DNA of 64,000 bases from Euprymna scolopes (lineage: Eukaryota): the NCBI GenBank assembly GCA_053919585.1, contig CM132816.1, one strand, 5' to 3'. Position numbers and translations under genes: made by a program. Positions within the stretch are counted from its first letter, which is position 1. Every line of letters starts with the position of its first letter. Below, piece by piece: positions 1-9,557 of the stretch. The notes under the pieces are model-generated. The model saw only the letters and a program-made list of their open reading frames with translations, made no database searches and had not been told where the DNA came from.

Positions 1-44
1 TTTCACTGGAGCACCTAAAAACGTTCTCTGCACGTCACTTAATA

Positions 45-238
45 TGAGCGATAAATTACGCATGGATCTGAAATTACCCTAGCATATTACATTGATTCAT
101 TTTAGTCAACATAAATATCCGAAAGTCCTCGTAACTTACAACTGCATTAAGAAACTAAACAATTTGGAAATGGAATTTGATCGATTCATAAACTACTTAT
201 GAAAATCATAGCTTGACATTCGGCAATTTGCTAAAATT
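45..238 (+). repeat. Dispersed repeat copy, diverged homolog of 1583-1769
   Basis: Collinear matches: attttagtcaacataaatatccgaaa vs attttagtcagcgtaaatatccgaaa; aatttggaaatggaatttgatcg vs aattttgaaatgtaatttgatcg; agcttgacattcggcaatttgctaaa vs agcttgacaatcggtaatttgctaaa. Confidence 0.75.
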
Positions 239-679
239 GAGCTGCCTCATGGTCGAGTCGTCGGCGACTAAACCGGCTCCCTCGTCCGGGGTAACCTGGG
301 TGAGAAGGGTGTGGGGACACCCAGCAGGACCAAAAACAAGACCTATCAAAGGTCGGATGAGCTTCTTATGACCCAACGGCCATCTCATGCAGCCAGAGTC
401 GGTAACAACGTATCGACTTTATCTTTCCTTGGGTTCTACCGGCTCTGGTCAAGTTCCACTCGTGCCGCTTGAGCAACGCACGAGTTTCTTCGCCCAGGCT
501 CTCGCAACGGTGGGAGATAGATACGAGTTAAAAGTCTGGTCAAATTGACGTTGCGACCAGGCGCTTCGGATCCTCCGCAACGGCGGGAGGGGCTATTTAG
601 CCCCAGTGGGTGGTTACCGCCCGCCTCAAACCAGGCAGCCCCTGGTCAGTAAGGTGCTACTCCGTCACGTCCGCCGCTT
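239..679 (+). mobile_element. GC-rich, highly structured segment, probably the 5' UTR of an RTE-clade non-LTR retrotransposon with no ORF attached
   Basis: Sharp GC rise against AT-rich flanks and at least 10 hairpins (agtcg-tcgg-cgact, ccggg-gtaa-cctgg, gggtgt-gggg-acaccc, gacct-atcaa-aggtc, actcgtgc...gcacgagt, ggggcta-tt-tagcccc, gggtgg-tta-ccgccc). The RTE call rests on recalled similarity of cacccagcaggac...acaagacc...ggatgagc...caacggcc and ggcagcccctggtcagtaaggtgct to RTE 5' UTRs and is unverified. Confidence 0.5.
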
Positions 680-743
680 TTAATTTCATAAGTTTTTTTT
701 CCTTCAGTTTATCAATAAGCACCAATAATGATATTTAAAATTT

Positions 744-1182
744 GGCGCTTCTACACTATTGGGACGAAATTTCGGAAATCATAAAACTGAATTTCACATG
801 TAAATGGTATCTACGTATTCCTCGTATTTTTAAGATGATTATATCCGAAAAATTACGAAAATCGATAAGGTAGAAAATTATTTATTAAAAAAAATAAAAA
901 AAATAGAATTTAATAAAAACGATCGTAAGACACAGGAGAGTTCAAAAGGAAAGTAATTTTCCGTTTTGATCCAAGCAAGATGGTGGCAATTTTTCACCTG
1001 CTAACACGATTAAAGTTTTGTTTAATATTTCAGTAATATTCAGTTAATTTCAACTGCATAATTTGGAAGCTACCATTGTAACTTATTAGAATTGACAAAA
1101 AATCAGTTGAAACCATTGTTTTTTTTATCTGAAAATTCCATTTATCGACTACAAAATCTCGTCCCAATTCTACAGAAGCGCC
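744..1182 (+). mobile_element. MITE (~440 bp), copy 1, GG...CC termini
   Basis: Imperfect TIRs ggcgcttctacactattgggacga / tcgtcccaattctacagaagcgcc; flanks aaaattt / caaattt resemble a TSD; a full-length inverted second copy lies at 4447-4897. Confidence 0.85.
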
Positions 1183-1220
1183 CAAATTTTTTTCTTTCAA
1201 ATTTTCAGATCTTAACCTAC

Positions 1221-1634
1221 CCATCTAGATAATACTACATTGAAGTATTTCGTGTGTAGTCATACGTTATCACCTTTCACGCATGCATTTTTAAAAAGTT
1301 GAGATTGCCCAATCAGCAAGAATTGTGATTGGTGATTTATAGGGCTAGGACAACAGCATATTCTTTTCATTGTTTTAAGTCTCGAGTGTGTATCCGTTGA
1401 TATCTTATATGCTTTTATATAGAGTGATGTGGTTCTCGGTTGATTAACTGTGTCTAACTATGTCGGATATATACTCGAGAGTCAAAACAACGATAAGGAT
1501 ATGCTGTTGCCATAGCCCTAGTGGTTTAAGGTACAAAATTCTGATGTTATCTATTTTAAAATGAAGTGTTGTAAGAGTGCAAGGTGATAACGTACGCACG
1601 GACATGAAATTGCTGTAGTTTATTATATCGATGG
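1221..1634. mobile_element. Fold-back (palindromic) element with nested inverted repeats
   Basis: 1340-1396 is an ~80% identical inverted repeat of 1464-1520; perfect 14-bp IR tacgttatcacctt (1263-1276) / aaggtgataacgta (1581-1594); weaker outer IR ccatctagataatactaca / tgtagtttattatatcgatgg. Outer limits approximate. Confidence 0.7.
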
Positions 1635-1840
1635 AATTTTAGTCAGCGTAAATATCCGAAAATGCCCTACAAATATATAAAGTAACCAGACAATTTTGAA
1701 ATGTAATTTGATCGCTCAATAGACGATGAACAAAATTGCAGCTTGACAATCGGTAATTTGCTAAATTTGTTACGCAAACAAAATATTTGGTTCATTTATT
1801 TAAATATTTCGATTTTATCATTTTCTTTTTTATTTATATA

Positions 1841-3660
1841 CTAGCGGTGGGTACCCGGCGTTGCCCGTGTGTTTGTAGGTGTGTGTGTTGAAAAAAAACG
1901 TTAAAAGAAAAAAATGAAAGTTTTAGTGGGAAGATCGGATTGAACCCCGAAGCCTTGACGCGAAGGTGGAAACTAAAGGGGAAAAATAGGCAACCACCTA
2001 GGAATTGAGAAGCGTGTTAAATTAAGGGTTAAAAAGTCGCAGAGGTTTGATTGACAGTTGGCCACTTAATGAGGTCATCGCGGGGTCGTTACGATGACGT
2101 GTAAATTTTTTTTTAATTACTCGGGGCAGTTTTTTGGCGCTTATTTACTTTGTTTCAATGCGGGTCAGTTTTGGCTTCCCGAAGATGATGGGGGAAGAAA
2201 CCAGCTCCCCATTAAAAGGGGATATTCCAATCGGACGTTCGCGGTGATCGCACCGCGAACGATGCCTAGCTGTATTTATTCCCCCCCCCCGGCAAAAACT
2301 GCGAACCAAAAGTGAAAGTGAATTCCCGTTAAGCACGGATCGGGCGAGACCGGCAATCATGGGTGTCAATCGAGCAGCGTCGTAACAGACGCAGAGTACT
2401 TGTAAAAAAACAAAACAAAACAAATCGAAAAAAAAAAAATCCCAATGCAAATAAACCCCAAAAAGAAACTTGAAGAAACCTACCTTGTAAATTCCAATAT
2501 GTTTAATATATTTTAGTATGTAATTTTTCGGGTGTTTTTTTTTTTTTTTTTTTTTTTTGACAAATATTTACCCGTAGTTTTTTTTTTTTTTTTTTGTATT
2601 TTTTGTGCTTATTTTCCAATTCGTTTCGTTTCGTTTCGTAGATTATAAATATCGGCTACAGACGGTATTTATCGCTGTCATAGTAGCTTTCCAGTTAAGA
2701 AAATAAATAATGAATAAATAACTAATCTAATAAAAATTCACCCCTCCACCTTAGTATAACTTCAAAAGTAACTGTGGACATAGCCGACGGAAAGAAATAT
2801 AACTAAAATAAGAAAAATATATGTCGAGTATCTCTTTAAAAATAGCTGTAAACATAACCAAAGGGAAAAAGAAAATTAATAAAATAAGGAAACTATAAAG
2901 TGGAGTAATCGTATGAACATATGAACAACGGTCGATAGTGACACCGATGATTGCCGGTGTCGCCCGATCCATATCTGACCGTAAATAGTCGCAGTTGGTA
3001 AAGGAAAACAAAAAACTCATGAAACACAGAGAAAATAAAACTCCATGGTGGAAAAGAAAGGAACGTTGCATAAATACAGTTGGATACACAAGTAGTAGTT
3101 GTCGACTGTAAGAGTTTGTTGTAAAACATGGAATCCATGGTTAGTTCGTTTCGTTTATTTATTTTTTTTTTAATAAACGCGATTTTCTCTGTGTAAGCTG
3201 TAAACGATAATGAGTAAAAAAAAAAAAACAATAAAATAAAAACCAAAAAAGGGAAATATGGCGTAAGTACCCATTGGATTAGGTAATAAAAGAAAAAGAA
3301 CAATAAATAAATAAATAAATAATAAATGTAAAAAAAAAGAAAAAAGAAAAGAAAATGGAATAAGTAACCGTTAGAATAGCTGTATGCCAATCCACTTTTT
3401 TTTAAGCAACTACGAACGCAAATCGGTGTTTTCTCGTAATTTTCTGCTGTGAACGTTCAAGTCCGGTGTAAAAGCGATTTTTGCAGCGAACTCTCACCAG
3501 ATGAAATATAGGAATCTACGATCAGCGACGTTATAGAAAGCCTATAACACACCTCAGATACTGTGCTGCAGCTTGTCTGTTGCATGTAATGTCTCGATTT
3601 TTAATTCTATTAAGGTCAAACTCAGACTGGAAAAAAATGAGTTAATTTTATTTATATAGA
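1841..3660 (-). mobile_element. Non-autonomous Helitron (~1.8 kb)
   Basis: Minus-strand 3' end: hairpin acacgggcaacgccgggt then CTAG|T (plus 1840-1870). Minus-strand 5' end: A|TCTATATAAATAAAA (plus 3646-3661). Pairing these two ends into one element is inferred. Confidence 0.65.
2337..2970. repeat. 32-bp inverted repeat pair (2337-2368 / 2939-2970)
   Basis: ggatcgggcgagaccggcaatcatgggtgtca vs reverse complement of tgacaccgatgattgccggtgtcgcccgatcc, 30/32 identical. Confidence 0.9.
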
Positions 3661-3679
3661 TAGAAGAATAGAATAGAAG

Positions 3680-3711
<32 letters not shown>

Positions 3712-3757
3712 AGATAAATAGAAGAATAGATAGATAGTAGATAGAAGATAGAAGAGA
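3657..3757 (+). repeat. (GATA)n / (AGAAGAT)n compound microsatellite
   Basis: Directly visible; abuts the putative Helitron 5' end. Confidence 0.9.
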
Positions 3758-3867
3758 TGTTGTTTTGAACTTGTGTATTTTTGTTATGGTAGACAGTATG
3801 TGATACATTAAGCATTTATTTTTTTCCAGTATAGTGTGTTTTTTAATTTTTTAATTTTGTTTTTTAA

Positions 3868-4317
3868 CTAGCGAGGAGCGAGGAGAGCGCCCGGCTTTGC
3901 CCGGTCGTAAAATACGCTTAAATATGATATTTTAATTTGTCCAGATTTCGTATATTTTATTATAGAGTCGTGATTTCAAAACTAAAAAAAAAAAGTATTT
4001 AATTGCCATCAGCTAGAATCGAAACCGAAAGCAAAACTGTAGCCTTCAAAGCTGGTGACGTTACCACTGTACCAAGAAGACACGCATATGAACTGATTAA
4101 AAATAAACTAAGATGAATGTATAAAATGTATAACGATTTTTTTTTCATTTTTGACCCCTTAAAACTATTTTAACCGGCTAAAGACCCATAAAATAAAGAC
4201 CCATAAAAAACCCCAACCATTTGAGGCCCCTAGAGCCGCTCTGCGACTTTTAGTTTCGGAATAGAGTTTGAAAATATGGAGACAAACAGACAGACAGACA
4301 TAGTGCATTTTATATAT
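3868..4317 (-). mobile_element. Non-autonomous Helitron (~450 bp), 5' terminus slightly eroded
   Basis: Plus-strand a|ctag at 3868 followed by hairpin cccggctttgcccgg; the far end has (GACA)n then ttttatatat, the mirror of the TC-TATATA...(TGTC)n start at 9558; tttgacccctt matches aaggggtcaaa of that element in reverse. Confidence 0.7.
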
Positions 4318-4446
4318 CAACGTCCAATACGTTTTTTTGTGAACTTGTAATGTAACCATTACTTTTTTCTGTGTCGTTACACTTCAAACCTCTCCGACTC
4401 ACACGCTGTCTGGTACCACCGAAAGGAACAAACAAACAAGGGAAAG

Positions 4447-4897
4447 GGCACTTCTACAGAATTGGGACGAGATTTTGTAGTCGATACATCGAGTTTTCAG
4501 ATAAAAACAATGGTTTCAACTGATTTTTTTGTTGTTGTCAATTCTAATAACTTACAATGGCCGCTTCCAAATTATGAAATCGAAATTACCTGAATATTAC
4601 TGAATTATTAAAAAATAAAAACAAACAAAAAACAACTTTAATCGTGTTAGCAGGTGAAAAGTTGCCGCCATTTTGTTTAAATCAAAACGGGAAACTACTT
4701 TCCTTTCGAACTCTCCTGTGTCTTACGATCGTTTTCATTAAATTCTATTTTTTATTTTCTTTAATAAATAATTTTCTACCTTATCGATTTTCGTAATTTT
4801 TGGTAATAATCAACGAGAAATATATAGATACCATTGTTTTCATGTGAAATTCAGTATTACGATTTCCAACATTTTGTCCCAATAGTGTAGAAGCGCC
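4447..4897 (-). mobile_element. MITE copy 2 (inverted copy of 744-1182)
   Basis: Reverse complement aligns over the full length (e.g. ctctcctgtgtcttacgatcgtttt vs aaaacgatcgtaagacacaggagag); flanks agggaaag / aaggaaag are a near 8-bp TSD. Confidence 0.85.
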
Positions 4898-4972
4898 AAG
4901 GAAAGAAATTAAAATCCGACTCGGCATTTTTAAATTCAAATAAAATTCATTTATTCGTTGTTCCTCTAAAAA

Positions 4973-5308
4973 CATGGGTCTCCAAACCTTTCGAACAGGA
5001 AGCCATCTTGTTGACCTTTTAGAGCTACGCGGGCCAAAATATTTTTTTTTAATTACCTGAACGTGTTTTATACTCTTTTGCTTATGAGCTTTGCTTTTTA
5101 GTAAAACTTGTTCTTCAAAATCTCATCTTTTAAAACTATTTTCGAAACAAAAAAAGAAGAAGAAAAAAAAAAGAAAAACCATTACACTATTTATACACAT
5201 TTCCATTTTTAAAATATTTCCTGAATATTTTTATATCTTCTATAAGAGCCGGATTAAAGGCTTTAGCGGACCGGATCTGGCCCAAGGGCCGTAGTTTGGA
5301 GACTCCTG
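4973..5308. mobile_element. hAT (Charlie-like) non-autonomous element
   Basis: TIRs catgggtctccaaac / gtttggagactcctg; subterminal ggcccaagggccgtagttt and cgcgggcc motifs typical of Charlie-type hATs; flanks ctctaaaa / ttctaaga resemble a decayed NTCTAGAN target. Confidence 0.8.
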
Positions 5309-5753
5309 TTCTAAGACAATGCACTTCATTGTATTTCTAAAGTCCTTTCGCACACACATGTGCTAACGGAATTTTGGGGTTGTCACCAAAATCCGCTTTT
5401 TAAGGTAACAAAATAAAGGAAGGGGAAAAAAAAAAAAGGAAAAATTAAACACGCAAAGGGAAATTAGTTGGCGAAAATGCTGGCATCCCACTACTTGCCT
5501 TCTGCACTGTTCTTGGCGACGTTGATCAAGTAAAATTCCGACAGTGCTTTTTAAAAGTCTCTGTCTCCCCGTCACCTCGTGTTTATACGCCCATCTTTCC
5601 CGGCGTGTATTTTTTCTTCTCTTGTCGACCACGTGGAGTATTTTTCTCTGGTTTTAGTATGACGCAAGCTCGCGCACACTTGTTAATTTGCATACGTGCT
5701 TCAACGGCTACAGAGTACAAAATAGACTTCGTGGCTTAGTGGGGGATACCCTT

Positions 5754-6150
5754 TTTTCTTCCCTGCAACCTCTGTCCCACAGAAGAGACGTTGCGAGCCT
5801 GTCTTTGTTTTAATCGTTATTTCCATGACAAGTGCTCAAGAATTTGTTTACGTTGGACTTGAAGATATCCAAGTTGTAGTCAGGTGGGAAACAGGCAAAC
5901 GGAAGAGAGTTCCACAGGCGTGCACTTCTAAGAAAGACGCTTTGTTCATGGAATCTATATTTTGATTTAGGCACAGATAATTGTGGGGAAAATTTTTGAC
6001 AGTGGTTTCAGCTAGACTGATGTTTTTCGATAAAGATAGGCGAGGGGGACCAGAGATTGGAACTCGGACGAGCACTTGACATGGAAGTAACGATAAAAAA
6101 AGACAGGCTCGCAAGTCTCTCCTGTGGGAGAGAGGTTGCAGGGAAGAAAA
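5754..6150. mobile_element. MITE with ~84-bp TIRs
   Basis: 5754-5837 (ttttcttccctgcaacctctgtcccacagaagagacgttgcgagcctgtc...ccatgacaagtgctc) is a close inverted repeat of 6070-6150. Confidence 0.8.
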
Positions 6151-6548
6151 TTTTAAAAGAAAAAATTATAAGAAAATTATAAGTAGCTTTTTTTTTCTTT
6201 TTTTTTTACACCACTTATCAACGCCCAGAGGCCACTCAAGGATAAGAGTTTAAGAGTGTGCAGTAGTCAAAGTTTTGTAACTATACTCCGTACAAGCAAT
6301 CACAATTGTTACGTATATCAAAAAAAAAAGTGGTCATAAGAAAAATATGAAGATACCCCCCTCCCTCTCGTGATATTTTCTGTGGGATTTTTTTTTTCAC
6401 TGTTTTATTTTTAATTTTGGGTTCAATCCAAGCAAGGAAATCCTAAAATAGAAAAAGAAAAGGAAAAGGAAATTTAAAAAAAAAAAGAAACGGAAGAAAA
6501 GAAAAAAAAAAAACGAAAATCACTTTTTAATCACGTGATGTTATTTAA

Positions 6549-6582
6549 CCTTTTGACTAAAATCAAAGTGTCGTATCTGTTT
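6549..6582 (+). pseudogene. U2 snRNA 5' fragment (degenerate)
   Basis: ccttttgactaaaatcaaagtgtcgtatctgtt vs U2 ccttttggctaagatcaaagtgtagtatctgtt (3 mismatches). Confidence 0.7.
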
Positions 6583-6659
6583 TGATACTACATTTCGTAT
6601 GCCGATGAATAAGGATACACTTACTTACGACATTTTTTTTAATATGTTGAGTTCAGTCA

Positions 6660-7170
6660 AAACAAGGAATATCGAAAATAGAAAAAAGAAACCGGAAACT
6701 AATTTTGAAAAATCAGAAAGAGGAAAAGGAAAGAAACGAAAAAAGGCAGGAAAATTAAAGAAAAAAAGATAATGACTTGAAAGAGAAGAAAATGAAGAAA
6801 AAAAAAGAAAAAAAAACAAATATCGAAACGTAAGTATAAAAGTAAAAAAGGAGAAAGAGAAAATTGGAAGAAAAGAAAACTAAGAAAAAACGGGAAAGAA
6901 AAGAAAAAAGAAAAAGAGGAACAGGAAAAAGAGCAAAAAAAAAATAAAGAATAGGAATGGAAAGAAAAAACGAAACGGCAAAAAGGGAGAAGTAAAACAA
7001 AGTAAGCAGAAAAGAAAAAAGAAAAAGGAAGAAAAATAACAGGAAGAAAAGGGAAAGTGAGAAAGAGAAAAGTAAAGAAAAGAAAAAAAAAAGAAAACGA
7101 AAAGAAAAAGAAAAAGAAGCAGAAAAGAAAAAAAAAAGAAAAATTTAACGGAAAAAGAAGGGAAAAAAAT
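6660..7170 (+). repeat. Polypurine (A/G-rich) low-complexity tract
   Basis: ~500 bp almost entirely A/G on the plus strand; explains the F-rich and K-rich ORFs here. Confidence 0.9.
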
Positions 7171-7212
7171 TCTTACAGATCTACAACTCGTTATCTGCTT
7201 TTTCACACACCT

Positions 7213-7213
<1 letters not shown>

Positions 7214-7245
<32 letters not shown>

Positions 7246-7291
7246 CAACAGTAACAACAACAACAACAACAACAGCAGCAAAAATAACAAC
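7214..7291 (+). repeat. (CAA)n microsatellite
   Basis: Directly visible. Confidence 0.95.
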
Positions 7292-7990
7292 AGACGTTAA
7301 ACAATGGATGCGTCCGTAAACAAGCCGATGGCACGCCCGAAATCGTTTCGACAATCAAAAATTAGGATATCAACGGCGCACGAGTCCATCCTTTGAGGAA
7401 AGAACATCAAAATTTTCATGAATATTAAACATTTTCAAATTCTTGTGTAAAATCACCAACGTTTTACGCAGTATCTGCTACGTCATCATTTTGTGTCTAA
7501 CTTAAATTATGTGGGAAATTTTACGCATGACCAAATACGTTAAAATGATTAATGCAAACAAAGTTTCTTTGCAATAGTTTGGTGTTGATTTTATTAATTA
7601 GATGCTTCAGTAGATTATTTTAAAAATAGACACTAAAATTAAGTTGATCACCCTCTTCTAGAAACACAAATATTTTAACAATTCAAATAATCTTAAGTTG
7701 ACTTGGCTATTTTAAAATTGCCAATAGTCAGTTTTGAAAATATTATTTTTTTAAATTGGAGGCCTTACTCAAAAAACTATGTTTAAAACTTTAATAGCAG
7801 AATACTGAAATTTTATTTGATTTAAACCTTTTGAAAATTATTATTTTTTTAAATTCTGTTTTGTTTTTGTTTTGTTTTTTTAAATATATAATTAAGAAAA
7901 TTATATTAGGGAGAGGGTACGCTTAAGTGCATTTAAACGATTTTAATCGACTTTTCAATGAATTCACTAAATGCAATTTTTTAATTCATC

Positions 7991-8034
7991 ACTCGCCTGA
8001 AGACGACTTAAAAAAAATCGAAAACGTTCGTGGC
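7991..8034 (+). ncRNA. Minimal type I hammerhead ribozyme-like motif of a Penelope-like pLTR
   Basis: cgc-CTGAAGA-c-gactt(a..)aaatc-GAAA-acgt-tc-gtg: both core boxes, imperfect stem II, palindromic stem III; immediately upstream of a PLE ORF N-terminus. Confidence 0.6.
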
Positions 8035-8040
8035 TATAGA

Positions 8041-8144
8041 GAATTTCTTTTTACACTTGAACAGAACGTTCGAACGTTGGCCCGCCAAATGGAAAAGATG
8101 GATTGCAAGAGAAATAAACCCGAATTATTCGTGCTGTTCAATTG

Positions 8145-8150
<6 letters not shown>
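8041..8150 (+). pseudogene. Penelope-like element ORF N-terminal fragment (copy 1), truncated at (TA)n
   Basis: EFLFTLEQNVRTLARQMEKMDCKRNKPELFVLFN*TY; shares the R.MEK...V.FN pattern with 8987-9148. Confidence 0.65.

Positions 8151-8213
<63 letters not shown>
8148..8213. repeat. (TA)n microsatellite
   Basis: Directly visible. Confidence 0.97.
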
Positions 8214-8215
<2 letters not shown>

Positions 8216-8484
8216 CTACTTCATTCCAAAATAAAAAAAAAACACTGAATGAAAACAACCCTAGCAAACAAATACTGGGAACTCAAAGAAAGCGGACGTT
8301 CATCGGTAGCTGAATGAAAAATAATAAGCCAAAAAACACATGTATGGACCTAAACGATCCATGTACATTATGCCTTGGCAAAAAAATTGCTATCCTATAC
8401 TTTAAAGAACCCCAAGATCTATCAAACTGTAGGAGAGAAATAGCCAACAACTGTGTTCACAGAACAAATTTTACTCTAGGATAG
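8212..8484 (+). pseudogene. Penelope-like element GIY-YIG endonuclease C-terminal fragment (frameshifted)
   Basis: Manual translation across frameshifts: TSFQNKK...TTLANKYWELKESGRSSVAE*KIISQK...DPCTLCLGKKIAILYFKEPQDLSNCRREIANNCVHRTNFTLG*; fits the PLE pattern SF..T.L...W.LK..W.I..CxLCLxEK..LNxRxE...CxH. Confidence 0.75.
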
Positions 8485-8559
8485 CGATACAAAATAACTT
8501 TAAAATTAACAATAACAATAGAAAATAAATAAATAAAAAAACATACATATACATAAATT

Positions 8560-8562
<3 letters not shown>

Positions 8563-8597
<35 letters not shown>
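8563..8597. repeat. (TA)n microsatellite
   Basis: Directly visible. Confidence 0.97.
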
Positions 8598-8602
<5 letters not shown>

Positions 8603-8776
8603 ACATAAAAACATATTTAACCTAGTTTAAAATAGGTCAGAACGCTAGATATCTACAGCCCCCGCTAAAATAGCACACACAAAGGAAGGGGAAAACCAGA
8701 GGTCAACTAGGCTTTTGTCCTGTAAGTGCCTGCTGGTTGGTTGATTAGGAAGGGTGCGTTGGAAACTAGTAAGCTA

Positions 8777-8870
8777 ATTGGCTCAATAGAATGTGCATAT
8801 ATAAAAATGCGAGACTACCACAACTCCTCGCATAAGCCTGATGAACCCTAGCGTGGATAGAACGCTGAAT
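8777..8870 (+). promoter_or_regulatory. Putative PLE pLTR promoter (inverted CCAAT, TATA box) followed by a degenerate hammerhead core
   Basis: attgg 8777-8781, TATATAAAA 8798-8806, CTGATGA 8838-8844 with a decayed GAAA box (tagaacg); upstream of PLE N-terminus copy 2. Confidence 0.4.
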
Positions 8871-8908
8871 ATTCTGTGTAGCTTAATTGCTATATATATT
8901 TTATAACT

Positions 8909-8911
<3 letters not shown>

Positions 8912-8988
<77 letters not shown>
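8912..8988. repeat. (TA)n microsatellite
   Basis: Directly visible. Confidence 0.97.
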
Positions 8989-8991
<3 letters not shown>

Positions 8992-9140
8992 TGCACAACA
9001 AATTTTGGGCGTCATTTTATACAACATGCCAGCTAAAATAAAAAAGACTGTTCGGCGAATGGAAAAGATATTCAGAAAAAACGGAAAAAAAGAATAACTC
9101 CGTCGTGTTCAATCAGATATGCTTAAAGAATGACTTGCTG

Positions 9141-9148
<8 letters not shown>
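8987..9148 (+). pseudogene. Penelope-like element ORF N-terminal fragment (copy 2), truncated at (TA)n
   Basis: MAAQQILGVILYNMPAKIKKTVRRMEKIFRK, then after a frameshift in an A-run KNNSVVFNQICLKNDLLPIY; FNxxCLxxxLLPxY is a motif I recognise from PLE N-termini. Confidence 0.7.

Positions 9149-9209
<61 letters not shown>
9144..9209. repeat. (TA)n microsatellite
   Basis: Directly visible. Confidence 0.97.
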
Positions 9210-9214
<5 letters not shown>

Positions 9215-9557
9215 CATATATCTTTCATTCTGTTCTCTTGGTCTTATTGAATTCCAGTACAATAATCTATCTAGTCTGGTGTAGTATCCAGCTTCATGCA
9301 GTTACTTGAGGTAACATCACTTGGAGAAGGTGCACAATACCTTGTAAAAGTAATGTTGGTTAGCTATAGCGAGAGATCTTATTTGGGCAGCAAATACAAA
9401 ATGTGATTTTGAATATTTGGTCAAGATTTACTTCCAGAGAAAAGTATCCTCATGCCAGGTTGTTTTGACAAACCGCGTCCACGGAGAGACTTTAGAGACT
9501 CGAGGATAGTGTCTAGTAAGCATTTAAGTTCTCTCTGGCATTCAAGTTCTCTACCAA

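Noticed and set aside
270-300. HDV-like ribozyme core around ccggctccctcgtccgg
   Set aside because: No consistent P1, P2 and J4/2 could be assigned by eye; left for a descriptor search.
2094-7290. F/L/Y-rich, K-rich and poly-C/T ORFs in the track
   Set aside because: Translations of poly-A/T, polypurine and (CAA)n low-complexity DNA or of non-coding transposon interiors.
8030-9001. (YI)n-containing ORFs
   Set aside because: Translations of (TA)n; only the plus-strand PLE-like fragments listed as features are supported.
9378-9388. 11-bp inverted match to the satellite (cttatttgggc) as a possible seed
   Set aside because: Too short, with no flanking similarity; compatible with chance.
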